Below, in pieces: positions 1-11,193 of a DNA stretch of 64,000 nucleotides (positions within the stretch are counted from its first letter, which is position 1; the number at the start of each line of letters is the position of its first letter). The DNA comes from a virus (Duplodnaviria > Caudoviricetes). The stretch is from the IMG/VR virus record IMGVR_UViG_2061766007_004032. One strand, 5' to 3'. The position numbers and the translations under genes were made by a program. Under the pieces are notes generated by a model. That model ran no database searches, was not told the origin of the DNA, and saw only the letters and a program-made list of their open reading frames with translations.

Positions 1-47
1 GATGAATTGGTCGTCAAAACGAAGTGACGGTTGGTTAAATTTCCCGT

Positions 48-293
48 ATGACGTATAACGGTAAAGAAGTATCCCCGCACGCGAAGTGCTGTCTCAACTG
101 CGGGGCATTTGACGAGAGGACCGGGTTTTGCAGGAGGCACCCCCCAAAACCGATTCCGATGCAGTACGTCAAAAGCCCGCAGTACTATATCCCGGTGTTC
201 CCGAAAATAGCGATGCCGCACGTGGACTGGTGCGCCGACGGGCTGTTCGATAATGCGGGGGAAGAGTGTCCGCACGACCTGGAGATGATATGA
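48..293 (+). CDS. small Cys-rich hypothetical protein
   Basis: 81-aa ORF with CxxC...C...WC pattern; TGA stop overlaps the next ATG (ATGA). Confidence 0.7.
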   Translation: MTYNGKEVSPHAKCCLNCGAFDERTGFCRRHPPKPIPMQYVKSPQYYIPVFPKIAMPHVDWCADGLFDNAGEECPHDLEMI

Positions 294-670
294 AGGTAAC
301 CAGAAACATTCTCGACAACGACAAGGTCATAGTCCACCTGGAGTACACCAACCAGGAGCTCCAGCAGGTCCGCCAGGATTGCCTCGAAAGGTCCATGCGC
401 CGGGCGATGGACAAGCAAATAAAGAACGAGGAACTGAGACTGAAGAGAGCGGAAACCACCGAGAAAATCCGACAGCAGTTGGAGGAGCGGAACGCGAAAT
501 CCCAACCCCAGGTTTACGAGCTGACAGACGAGGACTACGAGGAAATTTTCTACTGGGGGGAAGAGGAGGAATCCGAAGAATACAAGGAATAGGAAGAGAT
601 TCCCTCGGGGGAGCAGAAAGAGAAAGAACCCCCGAAGGAAGAGGCACCCCCCTCCAAAGAGTCCAAATGA
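290..670 (+). CDS. acidic coiled-coil hypothetical protein (1 TAG read through at 590)
   Basis: Reading through TAG 590-592 continues the Glu/Lys/Pro-rich tail to TGA 668-670, directly before a terminator hairpin. Confidence 0.75.
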
Positions 671-695
671 CGCGGCTTTCGCCGCGTTTTTTTTT
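670..695 (+). terminator. intrinsic terminator
   Basis: ACGCGGC-TTTC-GCCGCGT followed by a T run. Confidence 0.8.
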
Positions 696-704
696 GTATA
701 ATAT
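696..704 (+). promoter_or_regulatory. GTATAATAT promoter motif (-10-like)
   Basis: Same 9-mer lies upstream of genes at 11977-11985(-), 22454-22462(+), 32847-32855(-), 37648-37656(-), 40397-40405(-) and 43982-43990(-). Confidence 0.7.
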
Positions 705-709
705 TTTTT

Positions 710-1585
710 GTGGAAAACAGCGAGAAAATAGACGCCGTCATAACATACGTGGATAATTCCGACCCGGTGTGGCTGGAAAATTTTCTGAAATACTGCGACT
801 CTTCCGACACCCCGAGATACAGACCATACGGGACTCTCCCCCTTTTTGTAAGGGGGATACGGAAATTCATGCCCTTCGTGGGAAAGATTTTCCTCGTTGT
901 CTCCAACCCGGAACAGGTACCCGCTGAGCTGGGCGGAAAGGTCGAAGTCGTTCTCCACAAAAGCATAATTCCCGAAAAATACCTCCCGACATTCAACTCC
1001 ACCACTATCGAGATGTTTCTCCACAAAATACCCGGTCTCTCAGAAAGGTACGTGTATTTCAACGACGACATGTTCCCAGTCGGGAAGCTTTCCGAGACGG
1101 ACTTCTTTAGGGGTGGGAAACCCGTTTACTTCAAGATGTGCGGCGACGAAAGGGGTACAATCTGGACGAGGCAGATTTACAACAGCTACCGTTTGGCGAA
1201 GCGGGTTTCCGGGTATAGCGCGGACGAGCACGGGGTCGGCGGAGGGAAATACTTTTACGTCCGGCACTCACCGACCCCGCTACTGAAATCCGACTGCGAG
1301 GAAATCTTCTCTGCGGCGGAAAAGGACATTCTGTACAGCCTGACCAAACTGAGGGAGCCGTTCAACTTCACACAGTACCTCTTCTCGGATTACTCGATGA
1401 TGAAGGGGAATTACGCCAGCGGGGGCTTCCCGTTCGCGTTCTATACGGTTTTGGAGCTGGACGCTCTGGAAGAGGACCTGAAAAGCGGGAAAAGCCTCGC
1501 GGTGTGCGTCAACGACGCCGACACCCCAGACAACGAGAGAACGGGAAAACGCCTCCGCGAGATTCTGTCCTTGAAAATGGATTAA
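710..1585 (+). CDS. Stealth-family hexose-1-phosphate transferase (capsular polysaccharide phosphotransferase-like)
   Basis: CR1 motif IDAVITYVDNSDPVW and CR2 motif PTFNSTTIEMFLHKIPGLSERYVYFNDDMF. Confidence 0.9.
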   Translation: MENSEKIDAVITYVDNSDPVWLENFLKYCDSSDTPRYRPYGTLPLFVRGIRKFMPFVGKIFLVVSNPEQVPAELGGKVEVVLHKSIIPEKYLPTFNSTTIEMFLHKIPGLSERYVYFNDDMFPVGKLSETDFFRGGKPVYFKMCGDERGTIWTRQIYNSYRLAKRVSGYSADEHGVGGGKYFYVRHSPTPLLKSDCEEIFSAAEKDILYSLTKLREPFNFTQYLFSDYSMMKGNYASGGFPFAFYTVLELDALEEDLKSGKSLAVCVNDADTPDNERTGKRLREILSLKMD

Positions 1586-1590
1586 AAAAA

Positions 1591-2280
1591 ATGATTCCGA
1601 AAAACCTTATATTCTGCTGGGTCGGGAAAGATGTTCCCGAGTACGCCAAATTCGCGATGGATACCTTCGGGGAAATGAACCCCGGGTTTAAACTAATTTT
1701 CGTCCACGAGCCGGACATCGAAAATCTCCAAAACCCCGACGCGAGGAAATGCATGTCGCTGGTGAAGTCCAAGCGCGGCAACATTTACCGGCACATAACG
1801 AACCGACCATTCGCGAAAAGCGTCATGAGCAAATTTAAGGGGGGAGAGACAACCGCGTTCACGGACGCGCTGAGGATTTTCCTCGTGAACAAATACGGCG
1901 GGATTTACCTCGACACGGACACGTTTCCTGTGAAACCTTTTGACAGCGAACTACTGTCGAGGGATTTCGCCGTCATAAATTTTCCGAATAGCGGTACAAA
2001 CGCGTATTACGACATTTTTTTCTTCGGGTGTGAGCCCGGTTTTGTGGGAAAGGGATTGGTGGGCGTCAAGGACAGGAAGGTGCACGAGTGGGTGTTCGAC
2101 CCGTGCGTCCGGCAGATATACTACCCGCTGGACATAAGCAGATGCTCGAAAACCAAGGCGGAAAAGCTCGGGAAAAAGTTCCGCGAGGGAACCTTAACCG
2201 TTGGCGAGACGCTGATGGAAAAAGATTATATCCCGAACTACTACATCGACCATTTCCGGTTCGGAAGCTGGAGAAGATAA
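1591..2280 (+). CDS. GT32-like DXD glycosyltransferase
   Basis: MIPKNLIFCWVG start and DALRIFLVNKYGGIYLDTD motif. Confidence 0.88.
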   Translation: MIPKNLIFCWVGKDVPEYAKFAMDTFGEMNPGFKLIFVHEPDIENLQNPDARKCMSLVKSKRGNIYRHITNRPFAKSVMSKFKGGETTAFTDALRIFLVNKYGGIYLDTDTFPVKPFDSELLSRDFAVINFPNSGTNAYYDIFFFGCEPGFVGKGLVGVKDRKVHEWVFDPCVRQIYYPLDISRCSKTKAEKLGKKFREGTLTVGETLMEKDYIPNYYIDHFRFGSWRR

Positions 2281-3717
2281 TTAAAGGACTCCAACCTCCG
2301 GTCCGCAAGTAAACGGAACGGAACCGAGATTCTCGAAAAACTGACCGGAAACGTTGTCGTAAAATTTTCCGACGTCTTCTACCTTGACCGGAACCAAATC
2401 CAAAACCAGTGTATCGTTGTGCTTTATCTGAAAACCATACATTCTCACGTTCGCGGTCGAATTGAATAACACCATCGTCCCGGTATCCTCTGTGCCACTT
2501 GGAGCAGTTAGAGTAACGGACTGAAGTTGAGTTCCCGATGTTGAAAATATCGTGAGAGATTGGTATTTGAGATGGACAACCTTTCTGGTCGATAGGTCTA
2601 TGGTTGCAGTGGTTTGGGAACTAGCCTATCTCCTATAGCCGAAATAATATTTGTTAGCGGTTGTTTGATAATGAATGAATCTCGTCGCCGCCGCGGATTC
2701 CGAAGTATAGGTTCCAAAATACCGAGCCCAATTTGATGTGGGTGCGCCCATAACCTACATATCGGCTATAATCTCAAAATTATTATCGGTTATTTTTATT
2801 CCGGTATCCACTCTCGTACCAGAACCGGAACTGTAAAGATACTCAACCTGGATTACCTGTGGGGGAGTGGGTCCGGAAGATGAACCGCTTGAAGAACCGG
2901 AACCGCTTGAAGAACCGGAACCGGAAGACGGTGTGTGCGGATTTATTACAACGATGCCTTCCTGACAATAACACACAACCATGTGTGTTATTCCCTACCT
3001 GTCAATTCCGATTTTCATTTCGAGTGCGTGTTGGGTCACCCAAGTCGTTGTCTGCCCGTAAAAACGGACCGTTTCCAAACCGGCACAATCGATAAAGGTG
3101 TCCGTCGTATCGAAATAACAGTCTTTGCCGAAACTCATCGATTCGACCGCATCTATAGTCATTCCATTGGCAAGATTACTGCTCAGCGTCGAAGAGTCTA
3201 TCGCCGTGGTAATCCACCTTATGGTGTAGTTCCCAGCTCCGTCCGCCATAACCACGCTATAGTCGGTCCTCGCGGAGCCGGAACCGCTTCCCTGCGAATT
3301 TCCGTTAACGACGATGATTCCGTCGTTACAGTATACCACCACCATGTGCGTCTTTCCCTACGGGTTGACGCCTATTTTCCAAGTCTGTATTTTGTCCTGG
3401 ACGAAACTCACCGTGTAAAGGCTTCCCTCGAGCTTTATGTACTCGATGCTGTCGCAGTAAAGGAAAATCCCGTCGCTCGGGTCGAGGGTTATCCCGCTCG
3501 GAAACACGATAGAGGCTATTTTCTCCTCCTCGCCACGGATGTTGTCGGCGAGCGTCTGTTGGGTGAAGTCGGTTTGCGCGGTGTAAGTGAAGGCTTCCCC
3601 GTAACCGTCGGTGTATGTCAGTTTAACCCTCCGCGGGTTTCCCGGTCTCTGGTCCACGAGAATCTGTTTCACGCTGTCCTGGGGCTCGCCCAAAAAATAC
3701 GCTATGTTGACCGCCAT
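2281..3717 (-). CDS. virion/tail-associated protein with duplicated N-terminal module, Ser/Gly linkers and C-terminal lectin-like beta domain (4 TAG read through)
   Basis: Four track ORFs are in one frame joined by TAGs at 3358, 2995, 2755 and 2625; repeated module KIGxxx*GxTHMVVxYCxxGIxVxN; ends TAA. Confidence 0.75.
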
Positions 3718-3729
3718 CGGAACCCCCGG

Positions 3730-6700
3730 TTAGTTAATCTGCTTCGCGTTCGCCACATACGCGCTCGGCATTATCTGCGTGAACGACATCATCGTGTAAA
3801 CGGTTGCGGTCGCGTCGCAGTTAATTACCGGAATGTTGCCGTCGTCTGTGAAAACGTTTATCCCCGTCGTAACGCTCAGCGTCGGCGCGGAAGCCATTCC
3901 CGGGCACTCGAATATGATAACAAAATCGTTAACCTCGCCGCTTACGCTGGGCGGCAACGGGATAACCACCTTACCGGTGATGCCGGAGTCGACGCTGACG
4001 TGGGTTATGGTGTTGGTTTTAACGCTTATTGTCTGGTTGCCGCTGGCCAGCGTCCCGCTGTCCTCCACGAGTGTGTACTGCGTCGCGGAGGAAAGCGTGC
4101 TGACCGCGTCGTCGAAATCGTTCTTTCCGACAAAATCCTGCTGAATCTGCCACATCGGCATCGCGTCGTCCAACTCCTCGGCCTCGGCAACGTTAGCGAC
4201 CCTCGCGCCGTACATATCGTTGTACTCCGCGCTCGTGACGTAAAGCGTGTTAGAGAGAATCTGGTTGTTGGCGAGAAGTGATTGGTAATCCGACAGCGCG
4301 ATGTGCATCATGTTCACGTTATCGAAGTTCCCGTCCACGGAAACCGCGCTCTTTTTGGAAATCGCCTGGGTAACCGTAACCCGCTCGAAGTAAGACGAGG
4401 TGTTCGCCCACGTTCCCGACGCGTGGTCCGCCTTACAGATATAATACTGTTGGGTCGCCGGATAAAACACCATCGTCCCCTCTTTGTACGCCTGTGAGGT
4501 CAGAAAATCTGGCGGACGCTCATAATTGGAAATCAGTGTGTTGAGATACGACGGGGATGTGGCGTACCCGATTCCGTACGTGCTGGAAAGGTTGGACGAC
4601 GTGTAGCTGGTCAAAACCATGACCAGACCGGACTTGTCTGTGGTACCCTTATTGGGTAGCAACGCCACCCAGTTGGTGCCGTCAAACTCAAACCCAATCG
4701 TCTGCCCGCCGTACCAGATGCTCTTGTTGAAGTTGTAATCGGTTGTGGAACCGTTGATTTTAACATCCACCGCCCCGGCGGAGTTGACGTTCAGCTGGAG
4801 GGTGCTCGTACCCGTGTGGGCGTAGGTAAACTGCACGAACACTATCCGACCCTTGGCGTTGCCGGGGAAGGACGGGCAAGAGATTACCTTGGTGTTGGCG
4901 GAAGCCGCCGTCGAGCACGTCCCGAAATAAACCTCGGCGTCTCTTGAGCTGAGGTACGCCGAGATGGAGTCCACCTCGGTTTTAGTGTAATAGTCAGAGA
5001 GCGACTGGTGTGAGGTAAGGAAATCGCCAGAAAGGCTCTGGAACACGGGGTCCGTTTCCGTGAAAGATGTCAGCATTTTGTGGTTCAGGACCGAAATCGC
5101 GTCGCCAATCCTGAAAACCTCGAATTTGCTAGAAACCGTGTTCCAGTCCTGGTTCCCGGGAACAGCTTCCTTACACCGATAAACCTGTCCATTGTACTCA
5201 ACCATGTCATCGATTGAATACGCAACATCTGAAAGCCACGTCGTCGGATAGACCTTCTGGGAGACCGCGTTGCTGACGTAGTTGTCCCTGGCGGTGAGAA
5301 TCGCGGAAATCGAGCTGATTGTCGCGGTCAGGTTTCCCGACATGGTGGTGCTCAGCCATCGGTCGTTCGAGGTCAGGCGGTTGAACACGTTAGTGGTCAG
5401 CGTTGAGCTCAGCCACGTTTTGTCCTGACTGTAAGCCGTCGAGTCCACCTTCGCGGTCAGGAGTGTCCCGCTGATATAGTCCATCCCGCCGGTCAGAACC
5501 GAGGAAACGGAATCGACTATCGAGGTGACCTCCCCTTTGCTGTAAAAGTTGGTCAGCGTTTCCGGAATGGCGGTGATGGTGTTGCTAAGAAACTGAATCC
5601 CGGCGTTGAGTGTCGACGAGACAGAGCTTATCGTCGCCGTCAGGTTTCCCGACATGGTGGTGCTCAGCCATCGGTCGTTGGCAGTCAGTTTCCCGCTCAG
5701 CGTCTGAATCTCGCTTTTATTGTAATAGTTGGTCAGCGACTGGTGCGAGGTCAGCATCATTCCCTTGTACATATTGAGAATGTCCCCTATCGGGTATTCC
5801 GAGAAACTGGTTGACACCTCGGACCATTCCCCAGCCGTGAGGACGTTGGACTGACAGACGTACATTTTGCCGTCAACCGTCACGCAGTCGCCGATGTTGT
5901 ACGTTGAAGACTGGCTGAATTCCTGGGTTGCATTTATCTTGAGCAGTAGTTCGTTCGAGACCGAGCTGATTGTGCTCGTCAGGTTCCCGGACATGGTCGT
6001 GCTGAGCCAGTCGTCGTTCGCTGTGAGTTTTCCGCTGAGGGTCTGAATCTCGCTCTTGGTGTAATAGTTGGTCAACGACTGGTGGGACGTGAGAAACTGG
6101 CTGGAAAGGCTTTTGAATACGGGGTCCGTTTCCGCGGTAATCATCGCCCCGCTGACATAGGAAATCTCGTCGGAAAGCCTGGAGTTTATCGAGTTTATCG
6201 AGTCGCCGAGGCTTTTCTATGTGAAATTGGAAGAGGTGTCTGCCCACGTCCCGGTGCTGTCGGAGGAGCACTGGTAAACCATTCCCGCCGTCAGGACGCA
6301 GTCCCCGACCTTATACTGGGTCAAGGAGTTGAAGGCGGTCGGATAAACGAACCCGGTCAGCGTGTTGAACACGGAATATCCGGTTTCCGCTCCACTGGCT
6401 CGTGCCGCCGTTATCTGCGTCGTGAGAAGTTTCACGGTTCCCTGGTACGCGGAGGTTGCCGAAGGCGGGGAAACTACGTGGAAGTATGTCCCGTCGTACG
6501 CGATGGGGACAATCTGGTTTGCGTACCACATTCTCACGGTTGGTTTGGTGGTTCCGTACCAGTAGAGGTTTTTGGCCGAGTCGGGCAGACCGTTTACCGA
6601 AATCAAAGGCGTCGCGGCTGAATTCGTGACCGTGAATTTGGTAATGAAAATCTACCCAGCGGAAAGCTGTCTTATCCCGTCGCAGGAAATCACTTTCGTG

Positions 6701-6912
6701 GCGGTTGCTGAAGGCGTGGAACAACTTGCGAAGAAAACGTTCTCATTGTCTATGAACGGAGTGTTCAAATACGTATCGCCGGTTCCGAGCTTCATGCTCG
6801 TCCCGACGGGGGTTTGCACAAAAATCAGCTCGTTTGAACTTAAAGTCGGATTGACACTCTCCCAATTCGCCTCGGTGTCGGTTCTCTGGATAATCCTAGC
6901 TTTAATCGACAT
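3730..6912 (-). CDS. long tail fibre-like protein, 1060 aa (2 TAG read through)
   Basis: Mtd-N-like start (IIQRTDTEANWESVNPTL..NE), Ser/Thr-rich coiled-coil repeats, ETDPVF motifs, four CBM5/12-like modules; TAGs at 6652 and 6217 join three ORFs. Confidence 0.8.
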
Positions 6913-8305
6913 GTCTTTACCTGGAAATTGACTCTCTTTTTATTTACGTGTCGAGAAGGAAAGGAACGGGAAAAACAAAAAAAGAATCCTCCTTTCGGAG
7001 GATTCTTTTTCTATTGTTTAGGTTCGGAACGGGGATTATCAACTTACTTGGATATCTCAGTTGCTGTTACCGTTTCCGAGTGCGTTTCCGCAGTCGAACT
7101 CGAATATGTCTGAACTCAGCTAGGACATGTATGTCGGCACAATCGCGCCGGACGGTATCCGTGCCGAAATAACGTTGCCGTTAACGTAGGTTTCGACACC
7201 CTCCATGGTCCAGCCCTCGGACGTAATCGAGCCTGGGTCGCCGCTCTTCGAGATACCGGTGTAGATATCCACCAGGTCGGACATCGCGGTGGAAATAATC
7301 GTGTGGTCCGTGTTGTTGAGCGTTAGCAACAGATATTTCACGCCGTCAATCACCGACACAGCGGCGTTGTTTACGAACACGTCGTGCGGAATGGAGATTT
7401 GCCCAACCGAAGTCTCGTTCTGATATACCGTGTACACGTTGGACGAGGTTTCGGTTGTTACCGGACCGGAAATCGTCACCTTGGAGGATGTAATCGCGGC
7501 CTCGCGTGCGGCGGTAATCTGTGCCGTAAGCGTGTTGTACTTGTTCCCAACGTCAGTTTCAATCGCGCTTGACACGGAGCTTATCACCGAGGTCAGGTTT
7601 CCGGACAGGGTCGGGAGAGCGGTGCCGCTGATGTAGTTGATATCGGCGGTAAGTTTCGCGACGTTTCCAGTAATCCCGGTAATGAGGGTGCCGCTGATGT
7701 AGTTCACATCGGACCTAAGCGAGGTGATGGAGTTGTTCAGCGTCGCGGAAACGGAGCTAATCGTGCTCGTCAGGTTTCCGGAAACGTTTTTAACGTACGT
7801 CCCGCTCAGATAAGTCGCCGCGTTTTCGATGTTGTTGTTCAGGTCGGTACTTACGTTCCCGAGCGCGACCTGTATGCTGGAGTTTATCGCGGAAATGGCG
7901 TCGCCGACGGTAATCCGGCTCACCTTACTCGAAATCGTCTCCCAACTCTGGTTTCCGGGAAGACTCTGGTTGCACTGGTAGACGTTGCCGTTATAAGTAA
8001 ACAGAGAGCCCGCGTCGTAAGAATTGGTAGAAAGCCACTGCGACGGCAGTAGATTGTCGTTGATTTGGTCGCTGAGATATTTATCCTGTGCGGTCAGAAC
8101 CGAGGAAACCGAATTAATGGTTGCGGTGAGACTGCCCGACATGGTCGTGCTGAGCCAGTTGTCGTTCGAGGTCAGTCGGTTGAACACATTGGTGGTCAGC
8201 GTTGAGCTCAGCCAGTCGTCGTTCGCCGTCAGAGTCGCGGAAACGGAGCTAATCGTGCTCGTCAGGTTCCCGGACATGGTCGTGCTGAGCCAGTTGTCGT
8301 TCGCC
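5325..8305. repeat. dispersed family of ~40-85-bp coding repeats shared by the two fibre genes
   Basis: GTCAGGTT(T/C)CC(C/G)GACATGGT(G/C)GTGCT(C/G)AGCCA core near 5327, 5639, 5978, 8261 and a variant at 8130. Confidence 0.8.
6981..7010. terminator. bidirectional intrinsic terminator
   Basis: AAAGAATCCTCC-TTTC-GGAGGATTCTTT flanked by A and T runs. Confidence 0.85.
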
Positions 8306-8763
8306 GTCAGGGTCGCGGAAACCGTGCTCATGACGTTGGTCAGCGCGTTGGAAAGGTTGGGAATCGTGGTCAGATTGATAGTGTCAATCGTTCCGCTGAG
8401 GAAATTGATTGCCGCCTGTTGGGAACCGACGTCGAGCTTCGCGATTTCCGCCGAAATGCTTTCGGGTTTCGCGACGAGGACCGTGTTTCCGGTGTCTTCT
8501 GCGGCGTTGAAAGCGGAAAGGTCGACCCTCTTTATCTTTACGTCCTAGAAGAGAGTCCCGTCAACGGACAGATTGGTGTCGACATAGGGAAGGGTGGTGA
8601 AATTGTGCGTTCCATCACCGATTTTCATGCGCCACACAGGATTGGACAAATCATTATTGATTGCCACTAGGGCGACTTCACCGGCTTTCAGAACGGTGTT
8701 CCCGTTTGCGGTCCAGGCGGACAGCGTGTCGCGGCGAAGTTGGATAGAAGTTTTAATAGCCAT
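7057..8763 (-). CDS. tail fibre-like protein, paralogue of 3730..6912 (2 TAG read through)
   Basis: Mtd-N-like start IQLRRDT..W...VLKAGE..MKIGDG; same ANDxWLSTTMSGNLT repeats; TAGs at 8545 and 7120; TGA stop. Confidence 0.8.
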
Positions 8764-8828
8764 TCAAGTTGTTCTCCAAATCAAGCTCGTTTTTATTTAC
8801 GGTCGGGAGACATCAATGACTGAATTTT

Positions 8829-9008
8829 TCACAAAAGATACGTTATTTTTTGGGAATTTTCCTGTTCCTCGGTCTTTTCGGGACGGAGACAGGCGCAAAT
8901 CGGGCACTGGTCGTTCGCGTATTCCTTAACCTGGAACTGGCAGTACCCCCAGATAAGTTCGCAGGTTCTCGGGTTGTCTGATTGGGCGTATTTGCAAAAA
9001 GCTTCCAT
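8829..9008 (-). CDS. 59-aa Cys-rich protein (below ORF-track cutoff)
   Basis: MEAFCKYAQSDNPRTCELIWGYCQF...CPICACLR; ATG 7 nt after a GTAAATA motif. Confidence 0.6.
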   Translation of the reverse strand: MEAFCKYAQSDNPRTCELIWGYCQFQVKEYANDQCPICACLRPEKTEEQENSQKITYLL

Positions 9009-9015
9009 TTCCCGT

Positions 9016-9022
9016 TATTTAC
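9016..9022 (-). promoter_or_regulatory. GTAAATA late-promoter motif
   Basis: Variant of T4 late TATAAATA; recurs upstream of structural genes near 6941, 8794, 22390, 24819, 27502, 30242, 39115, 49411 and 51040. Confidence 0.7.
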
Positions 9023-9570
9023 GGTTTTCGGGGAAGGAAAATTTCCTAAATCAGAGGGTACCCCTCAAAAACCTTGGACGGCTTTCTGGTTTTTCTGGTG
9101 ACTCTGAAATCCCCGATAATCCCGAATTTTTTGAAAAAAACCTTCGGTTCGAGCTTATAGACGTAAAAACCCTCTTTTTGCCAAACCCATTTCTAGTCTA
9201 TCGAAAATGAACGCTGATTTCGGTTGAAAGAGCCTTTGACGTCAACGTAAATGTAGTTGTTTTCGTCCCCGAACGGGACTTTGAACTCGTTTCTCAGGTT
9301 TTCCGCCCCGGGGTTGAACCTTATCAGGAAATCCGGGCTGTAAACGTGGTCCCGGAAAAGTGTTTTCTCCCTTTTCCCCGAACGGTAGGTCGCCTTTTTG
9401 GAAAGCGTGAACGTTCTCGGCTGATACCAGAACTCCTCGACTATCCCGAGTTTCTGGGCTTCGAGAAGCCACTAATAAACGAGAACCTCTTCGTTACTGT
9501 CCACGCGGACGTTTTCTTCCGTTCTGTCGTCGAAAACCGAGAACTGACTGTTTTTGTTCTTACCTGGCAT
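9019..9570 (-). CDS. PD-(D/E)XK endonuclease, DUF1064-like (3 TAG read through; absent from ORF track)
   Basis: DSNEE...WYQPRTFTL...VYSPDF...YVDVKG motifs in a 183-aa frame ending TAA. Confidence 0.8.
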
Positions 9571-10249
9571 TTACCATCCTCCTGACGTACTGGATTACCT
9601 CCCCGCCGACCGGGGACGAGAAAACCGACCTCAGAATCTCGGTTTTTCCTCTCGAGTACTTATCGACCGCGTCGTTTATTTCGGAAACGCACCTCGCGTC
9701 GCCGAGGTTTCTGTCCTTCGGGAGGTTCCTCACTTTCGCGCCGTACTCCCATTTCAGAATCTTGAACACGGAATAGCTGTCCAGGCTTCTGTTTTTAACC
9801 AGAAACGCGTTTCCCCTTCCGAACGGGTCGCTTTTTCTGAAAAGCGAGTTGAACACGTTCTCAGAGAGGGAATTGAACATTCCGAGGTCGATTTTTATGT
9901 CCTTTTCTTTCAAGACAAACTTTATCTCCGGTTTCGAGGCAATCGCGGACCGGAGCCTCGCCGGGAAAACCCCGCCCGTTGAATTTTTCAGAAGAATGTT
10001 GTCCGCCGGGTAGCATGAGCCGATTACGATAAGGAAATCCCTTCCGGATTCGGTGTATTCCGGAACCAGACCCGAAACCGCCTCCTTGAAATAAAGTGAG
10101 AATTTTTTCTCAAGGGAGGACTCGGAAGCCCGCGACGAAAATATGTAGGTTCCGTCATCCCCCCTCGAAAAACTGTCGCCGTATTCCCCGAAAAACCTCA
10201 AAAAGCACATGTCGAGGACGTTTTTGTGGAAAATCGCGTGGAGCTTCAC
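9560..10249 (-). CDS. hypothetical protein
   Basis: 229-aa ORF translationally coupled (GTGA) to upstream gene. Confidence 0.65.
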   Translation of the reverse strand: MKLHAIFHKNVLDMCFLRFFGEYGDSFSRGDDGTYIFSSRASESSLEKKFSLYFKEAVSGLVPEYTESGRDFLIVIGSCYPADNILLKNSTGGVFPARLRSAIASKPEIKFVLKEKDIKIDLGMFNSLSENVFNSLFRKSDPFGRGNAFLVKNRSLDSYSVFKILKWEYGAKVRNLPKDRNLGDARCVSEINDAVDKYSRGKTEILRSVFSSPVGGEVIQYVRRMVNAR

Positions 10250-11193
10250 AAGACAAACCCGTAGTCCAGAACATCCCTCCGCTCGCTCTCGAAATCCAGT
10301 TTCTCGTCGAGCATTCTCGACACCCTTTTCTTGAGAGACTTCGGGATTTTTTTGAAATTTATGAGATATGCGTTGAGCTTGAACCTCTCAGTCGCGGACA
10401 AATCCTTCCTCAGCATCGTGTTCAGCCTTCCGCGGTCCATAACCAAATCGAACGACTTCTTGTCTCCGTACTTCGGGAAAACGTTCCTTATGTTGTCCGA
10501 AACGTCGCCGCGGATGACTTTCCAGAGGACAAACTCGCTTCTCGAGAGAACCACGTTGTTGATTCCGGGAACAGTTCTCATAACCCGTTCCCCCCAGCAG
10601 TTATACTGCTCAACGTCTTTCAGCTGGAGAAAATCCCGGTCGGAAGAAAATAAAACCCTCAGCATGTAATCCGGGTACTTTTCCATTATGACGGCGACGA
10701 TGTCGTCGCACTCGCACGATTTGTCGCCGACGATTCTGCACCCGGCTCTCTCCACGCCTATTTCCTCGTAAATGACGTTTTGGATATAATCCTTGATGGC
10801 GAACACGTCGTATCTTTTCTTTTGTGCCCTCCTCTGGGCCTTGTACAGCGGGTACGCCTTCTTCCGGAAATTGTCGGACAGCTTGCCATCCAGCGCGAAC
10901 ACAAAATCCACCCCGCTGGCGCAGTCGACGCAGTCGCGGTGGTTGTCCCTGACAATCTGCTTCAGGTAGTCGAACTTCCTCTGGACGCTCTCACTGAGCC
11001 GACGTTTGAATGAGTTGTAGTTCAACAGGTTCGGAAGATTCTCCTGGTCGGTGTCCTTCGCTTCGCGGAGCACCGTGGACGCCTCCGCGGCGTTTTCCCT
11101 TTCCCAGTTCGAGACCGCGTTGTTGATGCAGACGTACTCGAAATTCGATGAGTCTATCACGACCAGTATCCTGGTTGACCTGTCGAACATCAC
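10246..11193 (-). CDS. rnh: T4 RNase H-like 5'-3' exonuclease / flap endonuclease
   Basis: VIDSSN, FRKKAYPLYKAQR, ECDDIVA, SSDRDFLQL and RGDVSDNI motifs. Confidence 0.88.
   Translation of the reverse strand: MMFDRSTRILVVIDSSNFEYVCINNAVSNWERENAAEASTVLREAKDTDQENLPNLLNYNSFKRRLSESVQRKFDYLKQIVRDNHRDCVDCASGVDFVFALDGKLSDNFRKKAYPLYKAQRRAQKKRYDVFAIKDYIQNVIYEEIGVERAGCRIVGDKSCECDDIVAVIMEKYPDYMLRVLFSSDRDFLQLKDVEQYNCWGERVMRTVPGINNVVLSRSEFVLWKVIRGDVSDNIRNVFPKYGDKKSFDLVMDRGRLNTMLRKDLSATERFKLNAYLINFKKIPKSLKKRVSRMLDEKLDFESERRDVLDYGFVL

Noticed and set aside
2935-4281. Long plus-strand ORFs antisense to real genes (for example 2935..4281, 17961..18986, 25362..26483, 31164..32150, 42944..43906)
   Set aside because: Shadow frames of GC3-rich minus-strand genes with no recognisable motifs; the opposite strand carries the conserved proteins.
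5325-8305. CRISPR array or DGR template/variable repeats
   Set aside because: The repeats are in-frame coding units with mostly synonymous differences, no regular spacers, no adenine-specific pattern, and no RT or cas gene in the window.
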